Origin: an uncultured Pseudomonadales bacterium
GTDB lineage: Bacteria > Patescibacteriota > Microgenomatia > UBA1400 > PJMF01
Reading direction: 5' to 3'
Assembly: GCA_964645645.1 (NCBI GenBank)
Contig: CAZYBC010000005.1
Coordinates: 702-64,701 of the forward strand
Length of the DNA: 64,000 bases
Below, piece after piece: positions 38,271 to 48,668 of the stretch (its first letter is position 1; the number at the start of each line of letters is the position of its first letter). A model generated the notes under the pieces. That model had not been told where the DNA came from. It searched no databases and saw only the letters and a program-made list of their open reading frames with translations. Both the position numbers and the translations under genes were made by a program.

Positions 38271-39830
38271 ATGAAAAAATATAAACACCTTTTACTTTTT
38301 TGGTTAATAATTTTGATTTCTAGAGCAATCTTCGCTTTTTTTTGTAATACTTTCGGTCAAGATGTCGCTAGAGATTTAGTTGTAATTGATCAACATCGTA
38401 AAACAGGACAACATCTTTTTTATTATGGCCCTAAGGCTAGTGTGGCTAATTTTTATTTACCTCCTGCTTATTATCAAGTTCACTATTTATTGTCTTTAGT
38501 TACGAGCAATCATCCTTATACCATGAAGTTTTTTACTATTTTTTTGGAATCTTTGACTCCGATTATTTTATATTTAGTATTAAAAAAAATTGGTTTAAAA
38601 AATTATGCTTTAATTGGTGCCTTTTTATATGCAATTAGTTATTTTCCAGCAAATTTTGGTATTCAAGCATGGAATCCCAATACGATTCCTTTTTTTAGCA
38701 CTTTATTTTTATTGCTGTTACTTATTTATTTAGAAAAAGACAAACCAAAATTTTTATTAGGTGCAATTATCTGTTTAAATTTGGCAGTTCAATTTCATTA
38801 TCAAGGCGTGGTTTTAGGTTTATTTACATCCATAATTGCAATTTATCAATTAAGTAAAAATTTTAAAAAATATTGGGCAAATTGGATACTAGCAAGTTTA
38901 TTAATGATTGGATTGTTTACACCTTATTTTATTGGCGAAATGAAGAATCATTGGCAAAATACTCAAGCAATTATTACTTATTTTACTGGAGAACATAAAA
39001 ATTATTATCAACGAGTGTCTAAACCAGATTATGTCTTAACTTTTATTCCATCTTTTTTTGAAATGGTGATGATTGGTAAACATCAAGCATTTAAATTTTT
39101 AGGGCGTTTAACCTTTTTTATTGGATTTGCTATTTGGTTTAGGACAATTTTTATTAATAGAAAATCTCAACAGCAAACTGCTAAAAATTCACGTTGGGTC
39201 TTTATTTATTTTATCTGTATTTTATTAATGTTTAGAGTTTATAAAGGCGATAAAGTTAGTTATTACATGAGTACTATTTTTATTTTGCCTAGTATCTTAT
39301 GGGGATTTTTGTGGCAATTTAAGAAAAAAATTACTATTATTTTGACTATGTTGATGGTGTTTTTAATTGGTCAACAATTTGCTCAAGTAAATTTTCGTAA
39401 TGATTTGAAACAAATTAAAAATGAGATTAATTTGTTAGAAGCTAATTTGCCTCAAAAAGAAATTGCTCTTTTTTTTCATAATTCAGAACAAATTAATACT
39501 TATGTTTATGCTTTAGATAAATTTTCCAATCTTAAAATTAACCAACAGAGCAAAATTTTAGTAGAAGTTTGCCATAAAACTAATATCTTATGCAATAATG
39601 TTCATCGACAAGTTTGTCAAAATTCTAAAACTCAGGTTTATACTTTGCTTTTAAGAGATCAATTTGCTATGCAAACAATTAAAGTGCTTGAATTTCCTGA
39701 ACAACAAAAATTTTGTATTAATCAATTAACTCAAGATTTACAACCATTACATTATCAATATTATAATTATAATTTTGAATATGGTTCAGATGTTTTAATT
39801 CCTGAAATTGCTAGATATAATCAATATTAA
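38271..39830 (+). CDS. GT-C (ArnT/GT39-like), DQxRD-related family
   Basis: FGQDVARD, YGP, LPPAYY, WNPN, QFHY. Confidence 0.75.
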   Translation: MKKYKHLLLFWLIILISRAIFAFFCNTFGQDVARDLVVIDQHRKTGQHLFYYGPKASVANFYLPPAYYQVHYLLSLVTSNHPYTMKFFTIFLESLTPIILYLVLKKIGLKNYALIGAFLYAISYFPANFGIQAWNPNTIPFFSTLFLLLLLIYLEKDKPKFLLGAIICLNLAVQFHYQGVVLGLFTSIIAIYQLSKNFKKYWANWILASLLMIGLFTPYFIGEMKNHWQNTQAIITYFTGEHKNYYQRVSKPDYVLTFIPSFFEMVMIGKHQAFKFLGRLTFFIGFAIWFRTIFINRKSQQQTAKNSRWVFIYFICILLMFRVYKGDKVSYYMSTIFILPSILWGFLWQFKKKITIILTMLMVFLIGQQFAQVNFRNDLKQIKNEINLLEANLPQKEIALFFHNSEQINTYVYALDKFSNLKINQQSKILVEVCHKTNILCNNVHRQVCQNSKTQVYTLLLRDQFAMQTIKVLEFPEQQKFCINQLTQDLQPLHYQYYNYNFEYGSDVLIPEIARYNQY

Positions 39831-41164
39831 TGAAAAAGATTTTTCGCTATTGGCAAATTTTAGTGATTTTAATTTTAGCTTTTGTGTTACGTTTTTATCA
39901 TTATGCTCAATTTCCGATTGCTGGTGAAACCGCTGACGAGCGCGCTTGGACAATGATCGGGGCTAGTTTAATTCAGACTGGTAAACCAGCATCATGGTCA
40001 TATTTTGGTGCTTATGAAAAATTTAATGCAGTTCTTAAAAATACAAGCGAACCAATTGTTTCTCCTGCTTTAGATCACCCACCACTTTTTGCTTTAATTC
40101 CTGGTTTAGCACAAACTTTAAAGGCTAGCTGGGATCAACTGCCTTCTATTAAGGTAATTCGTTTTCCTTTGCTTTTATTAGGAACACTTAATGTTTATTT
40201 ACTTTATTTAGTAGCTGAAAAATTATTTAATCAAGAAAAACTGGCATTAGTAGCTAGCCTTATTTATGCCACTGCTCCAGTTTTTGTTTTTGCCAGCCGT
40301 TTAGTGATGGCAGAAAATTTATTAATTACTTGGATTTTGTTAAGTATTTATCTTTGTTTAACTAATTATAAAAGAAAATATTTTTTCTTAACCATCATTG
40401 CTGTTTTAGCAGTTTTAAGCAAATTTTCTGGAATAATTTTACCCACTTCGGTATTCTTGTATGCTCTGGTAATTAAAGATAAAAAATTAATCATTGCCTC
40501 TTTACTAGGTTTAGTGTTAGGTATTTTAGCCTTTTTTATCTATGGGGCTATTTATAATTGGCAATTATTTTTAGCGATTTTCTTTTCTCAATCAAATCGA
40601 GCAATTGGCTTTTTTACTTTTTATAATCGATTCTTTCTTCATCCTGGAGTAGTAGACAAATTATTTACTGATGGTTGGTTGATGTTGGGCTTTTTAGCAA
40701 GTTTTTTCTTAATTGCTTTTGAAAAAGACAAAAAATATTTGTTTATAAAAATTTTATTTATAATTAATTTATTATTTATTTTTGCTTCAGTAGGACAACA
40801 AACTTTTCATGCTTGGTATGATTACGTTTGGTATCCATTATTTGTTTTAGCAATTACATATTTGTTTAACTTTATTTATCAAACTAAAAATGATTGGTTA
40901 TTTGCCTTAAGTTATTTAACTTTACTACCTTTATTTCAGATTTTTTTCTTAGAGCTTAAATTTAATCCATCAAGCTTAATTACCAGATTAATTTTAGCTT
41001 TTAGTCTTAGTCCATTTTTAATTAAAATCTTTTTTAAAGATAAATGGGGAAGTAAAATAATGAAATTTAGTTTATTAATTTTATTAATCATTAATCTGAT
41101 TGTTATTGTGCGTTTTTCTCAAATACAATACTGGGAGACAGATAGTTTCTTATATTATCGTTAA
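39830..41164 (+). CDS. GT-C (ArnT/PMT-like)
   Basis: TADE, DHPPL, SR....EN, K..G. Confidence 0.75.
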   Translation: MKKIFRYWQILVILILAFVLRFYHYAQFPIAGETADERAWTMIGASLIQTGKPASWSYFGAYEKFNAVLKNTSEPIVSPALDHPPLFALIPGLAQTLKASWDQLPSIKVIRFPLLLLGTLNVYLLYLVAEKLFNQEKLALVASLIYATAPVFVFASRLVMAENLLITWILLSIYLCLTNYKRKYFFLTIIAVLAVLSKFSGIILPTSVFLYALVIKDKKLIIASLLGLVLGILAFFIYGAIYNWQLFLAIFFSQSNRAIGFFTFYNRFFLHPGVVDKLFTDGWLMLGFLASFFLIAFEKDKKYLFIKILFIINLLFIFASVGQQTFHAWYDYVWYPLFVLAITYLFNFIYQTKNDWLFALSYLTLLPLFQIFFLELKFNPSSLITRLILAFSLSPFLIKIFFKDKWGSKIMKFSLLILLIINLIVIVRFSQIQYWETDSFLYYR

Positions 41165-41167
41165 CCT

Positions 41168-42862
41168 ATGAAAAAATCTTTAGCTTTAACAAAAAAAGAA
41201 TGTTTAATTTTTACTTTAATTCTTTTAATTGCCTTTCTAGTTCGGTTTATTAAAATTACCACCATCCCGATCGCTTTTAATCGTGATGAGCTGGCTTTGG
41301 CTTATAATGCTTTTAGTATTGCGCAAACAGCAAGAGATGAACGGGGTAATTTTTTACCCCTTAATTTTGAATCTTTTGGCGATTGGAAACTTCCTGGTTA
41401 TATTTATAGTCTTGTGCCTTTAATCAAGATTTTTGGGTTGAATGATTTGATAGTTAAATTACCTTCATTCTTAGCTGGCTTAGGAATTATTGTCATTAGT
41501 TTTTTTCTCATGCGTTTATGGCTGGATAAAAAAGACTCAAAATTAGCTTTTATGCTAATGTTTTTTTTAAGCATTTTGCCCTGGGCGGTTCATACTTCTA
41601 GAATTGCTTATGAGGCTAATTTAGCTTTATTTTTATTTAGTTTAGGAATATTAAGTTTTGAATTATTTAAAGAATCTTATTTGAAAGCTAAACAAATTAA
41701 ACTTTATTTAATCTGCTTAGCTGGTTTAAGCTTTTTTCTAACTTTACTGACTTATCATGGTTTTCAAATAGTTACTCCTTTATTTTTACTAGCTTTATTA
41801 ATAATTGAAAAAGAATTTTTATTAAAATTATTTAAACAAAATAAAAATGTTTTATTAATTCCAACAATTCTATTTTTATTATTAACAACACTATTTTTTC
41901 TAGCTGGCACTAAAAAAGCTAATACTGTTAAGGGCAGTGGCTTGTTAATTCTTAATCAAAGTTATCAAAACGAAATTTATGAAAAAAGAAATTTTCTTAA
42001 AAATAAACCGTTAATAGCAAAAATTTACGTTAATAGTTTATCTCTTAAATTAGCTAGTTTAAGAGATAATTTTTTTCAGACTTTTTCTTGGGATTTTTTA
42101 GTAACCAGTGGTGGTAAAAATGGCGCTCACAATATTAGTTTAATTGGTAATTTATACCCTTATGAAATAATTTTTATTTTTATAGCTTTATTTTATTTTT
42201 TTACTGAAAAAAAATTGTGGCAAAAAAAAGTTTTACTTTGGCTTATTACTGCCTCAGTTGCACCCATTTTAACCACTGCCCCAAATCACACAATCAGATT
42301 TATCGCGGGGATGATTCCTTTAGAAATTTTATCAGTCTATGGCTGTTATAAAGTTTATTTAAAATTTAAACATAAAAAATTTATAATTTTTATGTTACTT
42401 ATTACTTTAATTTACAACTGGTTTTATTATTTTGTCTCTTACTTTTTAGTTGCTCCATTAAAAGATGTTAATAGACATAACTGGGCTTTAAAAGAAATCA
42501 GTCAAGAAATTCAACAAAAAAAAGACCATTATGACTTAGTAATGATTGATGAATCTGGAACTTCTCTTTATATTTATTTGCTTTATTATTGGCAATATGA
42601 CCCTAAAAAACTTAGTAGCAATTTAGTTTATTATCCTCATGATGATGAAGGTTTCTCTCATGCTCAAGCTTTAGAAAATGTTGTTTTTGCCTTACCTAAT
42701 TTTATCGAAAATGAGAATAAAGATTATCAAAAAATTTTATATGTTTTAAAAAAATCACAAGTTCCAGAATTTATCTGGATCCAAGGTCATTATAAATATC
42801 TTAAGGAATTTAAAAATGACTATGCTAAAGAGACTTATGTCATGTTTGAATATGAAAAATAA
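41168..42862 (+). CDS. GT-C (ArnT/PMT-like), SFGDxK family
   Basis: NRDELALAYNA..I.TARDE.G, SFGDWKLP, PW...SR.AYE, TYH. Confidence 0.8.
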   Translation: MKKSLALTKKECLIFTLILLIAFLVRFIKITTIPIAFNRDELALAYNAFSIAQTARDERGNFLPLNFESFGDWKLPGYIYSLVPLIKIFGLNDLIVKLPSFLAGLGIIVISFFLMRLWLDKKDSKLAFMLMFFLSILPWAVHTSRIAYEANLALFLFSLGILSFELFKESYLKAKQIKLYLICLAGLSFFLTLLTYHGFQIVTPLFLLALLIIEKEFLLKLFKQNKNVLLIPTILFLLLTTLFFLAGTKKANTVKGSGLLILNQSYQNEIYEKRNFLKNKPLIAKIYVNSLSLKLASLRDNFFQTFSWDFLVTSGGKNGAHNISLIGNLYPYEIIFIFIALFYFFTEKKLWQKKVLLWLITASVAPILTTAPNHTIRFIAGMIPLEILSVYGCYKVYLKFKHKKFIIFMLLITLIYNWFYYFVSYFLVAPLKDVNRHNWALKEISQEIQQKKDHYDLVMIDESGTSLYIYLLYYWQYDPKKLSSNLVYYPHDDEGFSHAQALENVVFALPNFIENENKDYQKILYVLKKSQVPEFIWIQGHYKYLKEFKNDYAKETYVMFEYEK

Positions 42863-44348
42863 ATTGTTATTTTTTCTTTTATTTTTAATTATTATTACGA
42901 GAATATTTTTTCTATTAGATCAAAACGTTAATTTTGTTTTTGATCAAGGAAAAGATTCTTTAGCAATTTTAAATATTTGGTTAAATAAAAAACCTACTTT
43001 AATAGGTCCTTGGACAAGTATCCCAGGACTTTTTTTTGGGCCAGCTTATTATTACTTATTATTACCGTTTTATATGTTGGCTAATGGCAATCCTGTTTTT
43101 GCTACAATCCCGATGATTCTTTTATTGTGTATTGCTGTAATTATCTTTTATTATAAATTTAATAAAACAGCAGCTTTAATTTTAGCCACTTCTACTATTG
43201 CCTGGACTATTACAACTAGTGCTTGGAATCCATTCCCAATGGTTTTAATTAGTACTTTAATTTTATATTTTTTAGAAAAAATAAAGGGTAAAAATTTAAA
43301 AAAGGATTATTTTTTTATTGGCTTAACAGCTTCTTTAGGATTTCATTTTTCAACAGCTTTTGCTATTTTTTATCCAATTATTATTGCTTTAGTTTTATTA
43401 CTCAATAAAATTAAAATAAATTTTAAAAAGATTTTCTTATTAATGATGGGATTTTTTCTTCCATTTATACCTCAATTAATTTTTGAAATTAGACATAATT
43501 TCATCCAAACAAAAGCAATCTTAGAATATTTAAAAAATGGAGAAAGTCAAAATTTGGGTTTAAGTAAATTATTATTAGTACTCAAAGACTCATTATCTGA
43601 ATTTAAAGTTTACAGTTTACCTAAATTTAATTTTTTCAATATTAAAATAAGCGATATTTTACTATTAATTTTATCTATTTATAGTCTTTATTATTTATTA
43701 AAATTTAAGAATAAATTGAACAAAAAAAAGATTATAGAAACCTTAATCTGGCTTTTTATTCCTTTTGCTTCTTACTATTTTTTACATTTCAATTTTTGGT
43801 ATTTGTTAGGCTTAGCTCCCATTGTGATTTTAACAGTTAGTAAAATTATTAATAAATTACCTATAAGTTTAAAAAATATAATTTTATTTTTATTTATTCT
43901 GAATCCATTATTTCAATTAAATAATTATTATCAAAATAAAAATTTCATTAATAATACTGGTGATTTTTTAAAAAACAAAACAGAAGTTATTAGTTACATT
44001 TATCAGCAAGCTAATAGTCAGTCTTTTGCTTCTTATCAATATGAACCTGCCATTTATGACTACAGCTATCAATATTTATTCTTCCAAAAAGCTCTAACTG
44101 GTGAAAAATTACCTTTTGAATTTTCTTATAAACCAGGAGAAATTAGCTATATTAAAGAGAAACCAGAATTATTACAATATTTTGCTAATAAAATATATCA
44201 AGAGCCTCCTCAAAAAATATTTTTTATCGTTGAAAAAGCAGAAAATGAGGCTTATTTAAAATCATGGTGGAATCAACAACATTATTCTAAAATTATTTCT
44301 GAAAGAAATTTTGGATCTAGTATAAAAGTATATGAAGCCTTACCATAA
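42852..44348 (+). CDS. GT-C, DQxRD family; start revised to 42852
   Basis: FDQGKD, LIGP, FGPAYYY, WNP, FE.RH.F. Confidence 0.75.
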   Translation: MKNKLLFFLLFLIIITRIFFLLDQNVNFVFDQGKDSLAILNIWLNKKPTLIGPWTSIPGLFFGPAYYYLLLPFYMLANGNPVFATIPMILLLCIAVIIFYYKFNKTAALILATSTIAWTITTSAWNPFPMVLISTLILYFLEKIKGKNLKKDYFFIGLTASLGFHFSTAFAIFYPIIIALVLLLNKIKINFKKIFLLMMGFFLPFIPQLIFEIRHNFIQTKAILEYLKNGESQNLGLSKLLLVLKDSLSEFKVYSLPKFNFFNIKISDILLLILSIYSLYYLLKFKNKLNKKKIIETLIWLFIPFASYYFLHFNFWYLLGLAPIVILTVSKIINKLPISLKNIILFLFILNPLFQLNNYYQNKNFINNTGDFLKNKTEVISYIYQQANSQSFASYQYEPAIYDYSYQYLFFQKALTGEKLPFEFSYKPGEISYIKEKPELLQYFANKIYQEPPQKIFFIVEKAENEAYLKSWWNQQHYSKIISERNFGSSIKVYEALP

Positions 44349-44354
44349 ATTTAT

Positions 44355-45245
44355 ATGACTCTTTCTGTTGTTATTAATACTAAAAATGCAGAAGCTACTT
44401 TAAAAAAGTGTTTGGATTCAGTGAAGTTTGCTGATGAAATTATTATTGTTGATATGCATAGTCAAGATAAAACTCTTGAAATTGCTCAAAAATATACCAA
44501 TAAAATTTTTACTTATAAAGATGTCGGGTTTGCTGATCCAGCCAGAAACTTTGCTTTGTCTAAAGCTACTCAAAATTGGATTTTAATTGTTGATGCTGAT
44601 GAAGAAGTGCCTATTAGTTTAAAAAATAAAATTTTGGCTTTAATTGCTGAATCCAATAATACGCCAGCCTACTTTATTGCTCGTAAAAATATTATTTGGG
44701 ATAAATGGATTGAACATACTGGCTGGTGGCCAGATTACCAATTAAGATTTTTTAAACGAGGTGCTATTGATTATCCAGCTAAGATTCACACTAAGCCTCA
44801 AGCGCCTCAAAACAGTCAGTTTTTACCAGCCCAAGAGGATTTAGCCTTAATTCATTATAATTATCCAACTATTAGTAGCTTTTTAGAAAAAATGAATCGC
44901 TATACGGACTTAACTGACATTGCAGTTAATAAATTTGACGCTCAAGCTGTTTTAGATAAATTTTTTGCTGAATTTTTGGCTAGATATTTTGTTCATCAAG
45001 CTTATTTAGATGATTTAAATGGAACCGCCTTAGCTTTAGCTCAAAGTAGTTATGAATTATTTACCTATCTAAAAGCTTGGGAAAAACAAGGTTATAAATT
45101 TAATAAAAATAATCAACAAACTACTTTTGCCTTTTGGCGTAAGTTAAATAAAGATCTTAACTATTATTTAGCTGATTTCCAGGTTAAAAACACCACGGGC
45201 TTTAGTAAATTTTATTGGCAAATTAGACGTAAATTTAAGATTTAA
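44355..45245 (+). CDS. GT2 (WaaE/beta-1,4-glucosyltransferase-like)
   Basis: SVVINTKN, D..S.D.T, RNFAL, DADE, WWPD.Q.R. Confidence 0.88.
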   Translation: MTLSVVINTKNAEATLKKCLDSVKFADEIIIVDMHSQDKTLEIAQKYTNKIFTYKDVGFADPARNFALSKATQNWILIVDADEEVPISLKNKILALIAESNNTPAYFIARKNIIWDKWIEHTGWWPDYQLRFFKRGAIDYPAKIHTKPQAPQNSQFLPAQEDLALIHYNYPTISSFLEKMNRYTDLTDIAVNKFDAQAVLDKFFAEFLARYFVHQAYLDDLNGTALALAQSSYELFTYLKAWEKQGYKFNKNNQQTTFAFWRKLNKDLNYYLADFQVKNTTGFSKFYWQIRRKFKI

Positions 45246-45274
45246 AATTATTTTAGAATTACTATAATATAATA

Positions 45275-46840
45275 ATGACAATCTCAAACAATAATACTTC
45301 AAAAAAAACTTGGCTTTTACTTTTTATCATTTTTTTATTATCAATTTGTTTACGTTATTTAGCTTTACTTGATTATAAAATTGTTTTTTGGTTTGATCAA
45401 AGTCGTGATGCATATATTTCTCAACAAATTATTAATAATCATGATCTAAAAATATTAGGTCCTTCGGCAAGTGGTACCAATGATACTATTTATCATGGTG
45501 TATTGTATTATTATTTTATTGCTCCATTTTATATTTTAAGTAAAGGTAATCCCTTATTACCAGCTTTAGCTTTATCTATTTTAGGAGCAACCGGAATTTT
45601 TCCATTATTTTTCTTTACAAAAAGTATTTTTAAATCTGCTAAAGTGTCTTGGCTATCTGTAATATTTTTTTCTTTTTCAGTAGAAATTGTTCAACTTTCG
45701 CATTGGCTATCTAACCCTTCTCTAGCTGTTATGCCATTAATTATTTTTTATTGGTCACTTTGGGAAAGTGCTTATCAAAATAAAAATAAATTTTTAATTC
45801 CTTTAGCACTTTCTTTAGGTGTTTGTTTACAAAGTGCTATTTGGCTTATATATCTTATGGGTTCATTATTAATTGCTATTATCTATAATTATGATCATTT
45901 TGGTAAAAAATCTCTTTTCATCAAATGGAAAAAATTATTATTGCCTTCTTTTTTAGTTATATTATTGATTTCAACTATTATATTAGGCCAAATTATGCTT
46001 TGGAAAAACCATGTTTTTAGTTTAAAAAATTTGCATGGTAATAATAGTCAAATCAGTATTGCTAATCAGATTGTTGGTTTATCCAATATGTATATAACTA
46101 AAGTATTACAGAGCATAACACCGTCTTCTCCGATTATTTCTTTAGTTTTATTTATTGTAATTTTATTGCAACTTACTAAGTTGAATCATCCTCAAAAACT
46201 TTTTTTCTTGTCTTGGATTTTGGCTCCTTTTTGGCTTTATATTATTGAATGGCGTAATAGTTTACATATGTTAATTTCTTTAGAAACAGTTTTATTTATT
46301 TTATTATCGGTTGCTTTAAACCAATTATGGAAAGACAAAAGACCTGTCCTAAAATGTTTAATGTTAATACTAGTAATAATTTTTATAATAACTAATTTAG
46401 TTCAATTACAAAAATATCGTAATAATGCTAGTAGCATTTTTTCTCCACAGCAAGGAACTGATTTATCAATGCAAAGAGAATTAATTGAATATACTTATAA
46501 AAAAGCCAATGGTCAAAATTTTTCTTTTTCAGTTTTTAGTAATCCATATGGATATTTTATTACTTGGGCTTATTTATATAATTGGTACAATATAGAACAG
46601 AATAAAAATTATTTACCCACTTATATAGGCCCAGATCAAAATGGATTATTTGGAAAAGAATTATTACCACGTAGTGATGTGCCAAAAAATAATTTACATT
46701 TTACTATCATAGAGCCTAATTTAGGCAGTGTTCCTGAAATTATTTTTCAAAAATTTATGCAAGAACAGGATTCTTTTGGAGAAGTAATTGAAAAACAACA
46801 ATTTGGTAGTACGCTCATTTATATGAGGCATGTTAATTAA
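45275..46840 (+). CDS. GT-C, DQxRD family
   Basis: FDQSRD, ILGP, HGVLYYY, GNP, SNP; TATAAT 6 nt before ATG. Confidence 0.75.
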   Translation: MTISNNNTSKKTWLLLFIIFLLSICLRYLALLDYKIVFWFDQSRDAYISQQIINNHDLKILGPSASGTNDTIYHGVLYYYFIAPFYILSKGNPLLPALALSILGATGIFPLFFFTKSIFKSAKVSWLSVIFFSFSVEIVQLSHWLSNPSLAVMPLIIFYWSLWESAYQNKNKFLIPLALSLGVCLQSAIWLIYLMGSLLIAIIYNYDHFGKKSLFIKWKKLLLPSFLVILLISTIILGQIMLWKNHVFSLKNLHGNNSQISIANQIVGLSNMYITKVLQSITPSSPIISLVLFIVILLQLTKLNHPQKLFFLSWILAPFWLYIIEWRNSLHMLISLETVLFILLSVALNQLWKDKRPVLKCLMLILVIIFIITNLVQLQKYRNNASSIFSPQQGTDLSMQRELIEYTYKKANGQNFSFSVFSNPYGYFITWAYLYNWYNIEQNKNYLPTYIGPDQNGLFGKELLPRSDVPKNNLHFTIIEPNLGSVPEIIFQKFMQEQDSFGEVIEKQQFGSTLIYMRHVN

Positions 46841-46918
46841 TTCAAAATAAATTCTTGGTGCTTATTATTAGTATTTTTACCCCAAAAATCACTATTTAAG
46901 GTATAATGAAATAAGATT

Positions 46919-47833
46919 ATGAATGAAATTGCTATTATTCTAGTTGACTATAATAGTCATGATGAAACTCGAGCTTGTTTAGCTTCACTCTTAGCTTTAA
47001 AAAGACAAAATTTTAATTTTAAAATTTTTGTTATTGATAATGGTTCAAAAACTCTACTAAAGCTGACTAAAAAAGAGTCAGATAATAAAATAGAGGTATT
47101 AAGAAGTGAAGCAAACTTAGGTTTTACTGGAGGTAATAATTTAGGCATTAGTTATGCCATTAAAAATTATAATCCAGATTATTTATTATTGCTTAATAAT
47201 GATACGCGCATAGAAGAAAATTTTTTAACTCACTTATATTTAGCTTTAAAAAATAATACTAAAGCAGGTATTGCTGCTAGTAAAATTTATTTTGAAAAGA
47301 ACCATGAATTTCATAAAAAAAGTTATGCTCGGCATCAACGTGGCAAGGTGTTATGGTATGCTGGCGGCAGCATTGATTGGTTAAACTTATTAGCTTTTCA
47401 TCGAGGGGTAGATGAACTTGATTATGGCCAATTTGATCAACAAACAACTAGTGATTTTGCCACTGGTTGTTCAATGTTAATTAAAAGAGAATTAATTGAA
47501 AAAGTAGGTTTATTAGATAAACGCTATTTTTTATATTTTGAAGATGTTGATTATTCTTTAAGAGCTAAAAGGCATGGTTATCAACTTTTATTTGTTCCTC
47601 AAAGTATTGTTTGGCATATTAACGCTGGTTCTAGTGAAGGGGCAGGAGGAAATACCTCTATTTATTATCAAAACAGAAACCGCTTATTATTTGCTTTTAA
47701 ATTTGGTAGTTTTAGAAATAAATTAACTGCTTTAAAAATTCTATTTAATTTACTAAAAGATCGTCATCCTATTAAACGTCAAGCTGGGTGGGATTTTATT
47801 CTGCAAAGATTTGGTAAACAAATCATAGTTTAA
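46919..47833 (+). CDS. GT2 (WbbL/rhamnosyltransferase-like class)
   Basis: IDNGS, NLGFTGGNN, LLNNDT, GC.MLI, YFEDVD. Confidence 0.88.
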   Translation: MNEIAIILVDYNSHDETRACLASLLALKRQNFNFKIFVIDNGSKTLLKLTKKESDNKIEVLRSEANLGFTGGNNLGISYAIKNYNPDYLLLLNNDTRIEENFLTHLYLALKNNTKAGIAASKIYFEKNHEFHKKSYARHQRGKVLWYAGGSIDWLNLLAFHRGVDELDYGQFDQQTTSDFATGCSMLIKRELIEKVGLLDKRYFLYFEDVDYSLRAKRHGYQLLFVPQSIVWHINAGSSEGAGGNTSIYYQNRNRLLFAFKFGSFRNKLTALKILFNLLKDRHPIKRQAGWDFILQRFGKQIIV

Positions 47834-47837
47834 ATTT

Positions 47838-48665
47838 ATGAAAAAAACTCTTAGCGCCATTATTATTGCTAAAAATGAAGCTTTAATGTTAGAAGCTTGT
47901 TTAAAAACTTTATCTTGGTGTGACGAAATTATTTTAATTGACAGTGGCTCAACCGATCAAACTCAAAGCATTGCCAAAAAATATCAAGCTAAAATTGTTG
48001 AATTTACTCATCATTCTTTTGCTAAATTAAGAGAAAAAGGCGCTCAAAGTGCTACTAAAGATTATCTTTTTTATGTTGACGCTGACGAAAGAGTTACTCC
48101 TCAGTTAGCTAAAGAAATTTTAACTGTTTTAGAAAAAACTGAAGCCAAAGTTCTAAAAATTAAAAGACAAAATATTTGTTATGGTCAAGCTTTAACTCTA
48201 GGTGGATGGGAAAAAGATTTTGTTACCAGAATTTTTGCCAAAGACAGTCTTAAAGGTTGGCAGGGTGAAATTCATGAAAGTCCCATTTTTAGCCAAGAAG
48301 TTACAACTTTAAATTCTAGTTTAATCCACTTAACCCATCGCTCTACTGAAGATAATCTACTTAAAAGCGCTGCTTGGACAAAAAAAGAAGCCCAATTACT
48401 TTATGAGGCAGGAATAAAACCAGTTACTTTTTTAACTTTACTGCGTAAAGGAGTAATGGAATTTATTCGTCGAGCTATTTTTCAGAAAGGTTATCAAGAT
48501 GGTTTGGTGGGTTTAATTGAAGCTTTAGTTCAAGGTATTAATCGAATTTTTGTTTATATTCAAGTTTGGGAATTACAACAACAACCATCTCTTAATCAAA
48601 AATATCAACAAGCAGAAAATAAAATTAGCAAATCATGGGCAGAAACAAAGAATCAACTTAAATAA
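47838..48665 (+). CDS. GT2 (WaaE-like)
   Basis: IIAKNE, DSGSTD.T, VDADER, IHE. Confidence 0.88.
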   Translation: MKKTLSAIIIAKNEALMLEACLKTLSWCDEIILIDSGSTDQTQSIAKKYQAKIVEFTHHSFAKLREKGAQSATKDYLFYVDADERVTPQLAKEILTVLEKTEAKVLKIKRQNICYGQALTLGGWEKDFVTRIFAKDSLKGWQGEIHESPIFSQEVTTLNSSLIHLTHRSTEDNLLKSAAWTKKEAQLLYEAGIKPVTFLTLLRKGVMEFIRRAIFQKGYQDGLVGLIEALVQGINRIFVYIQVWELQQQPSLNQKYQQAENKISKSWAETKNQLK

Positions 48666-48668
48666 AAT

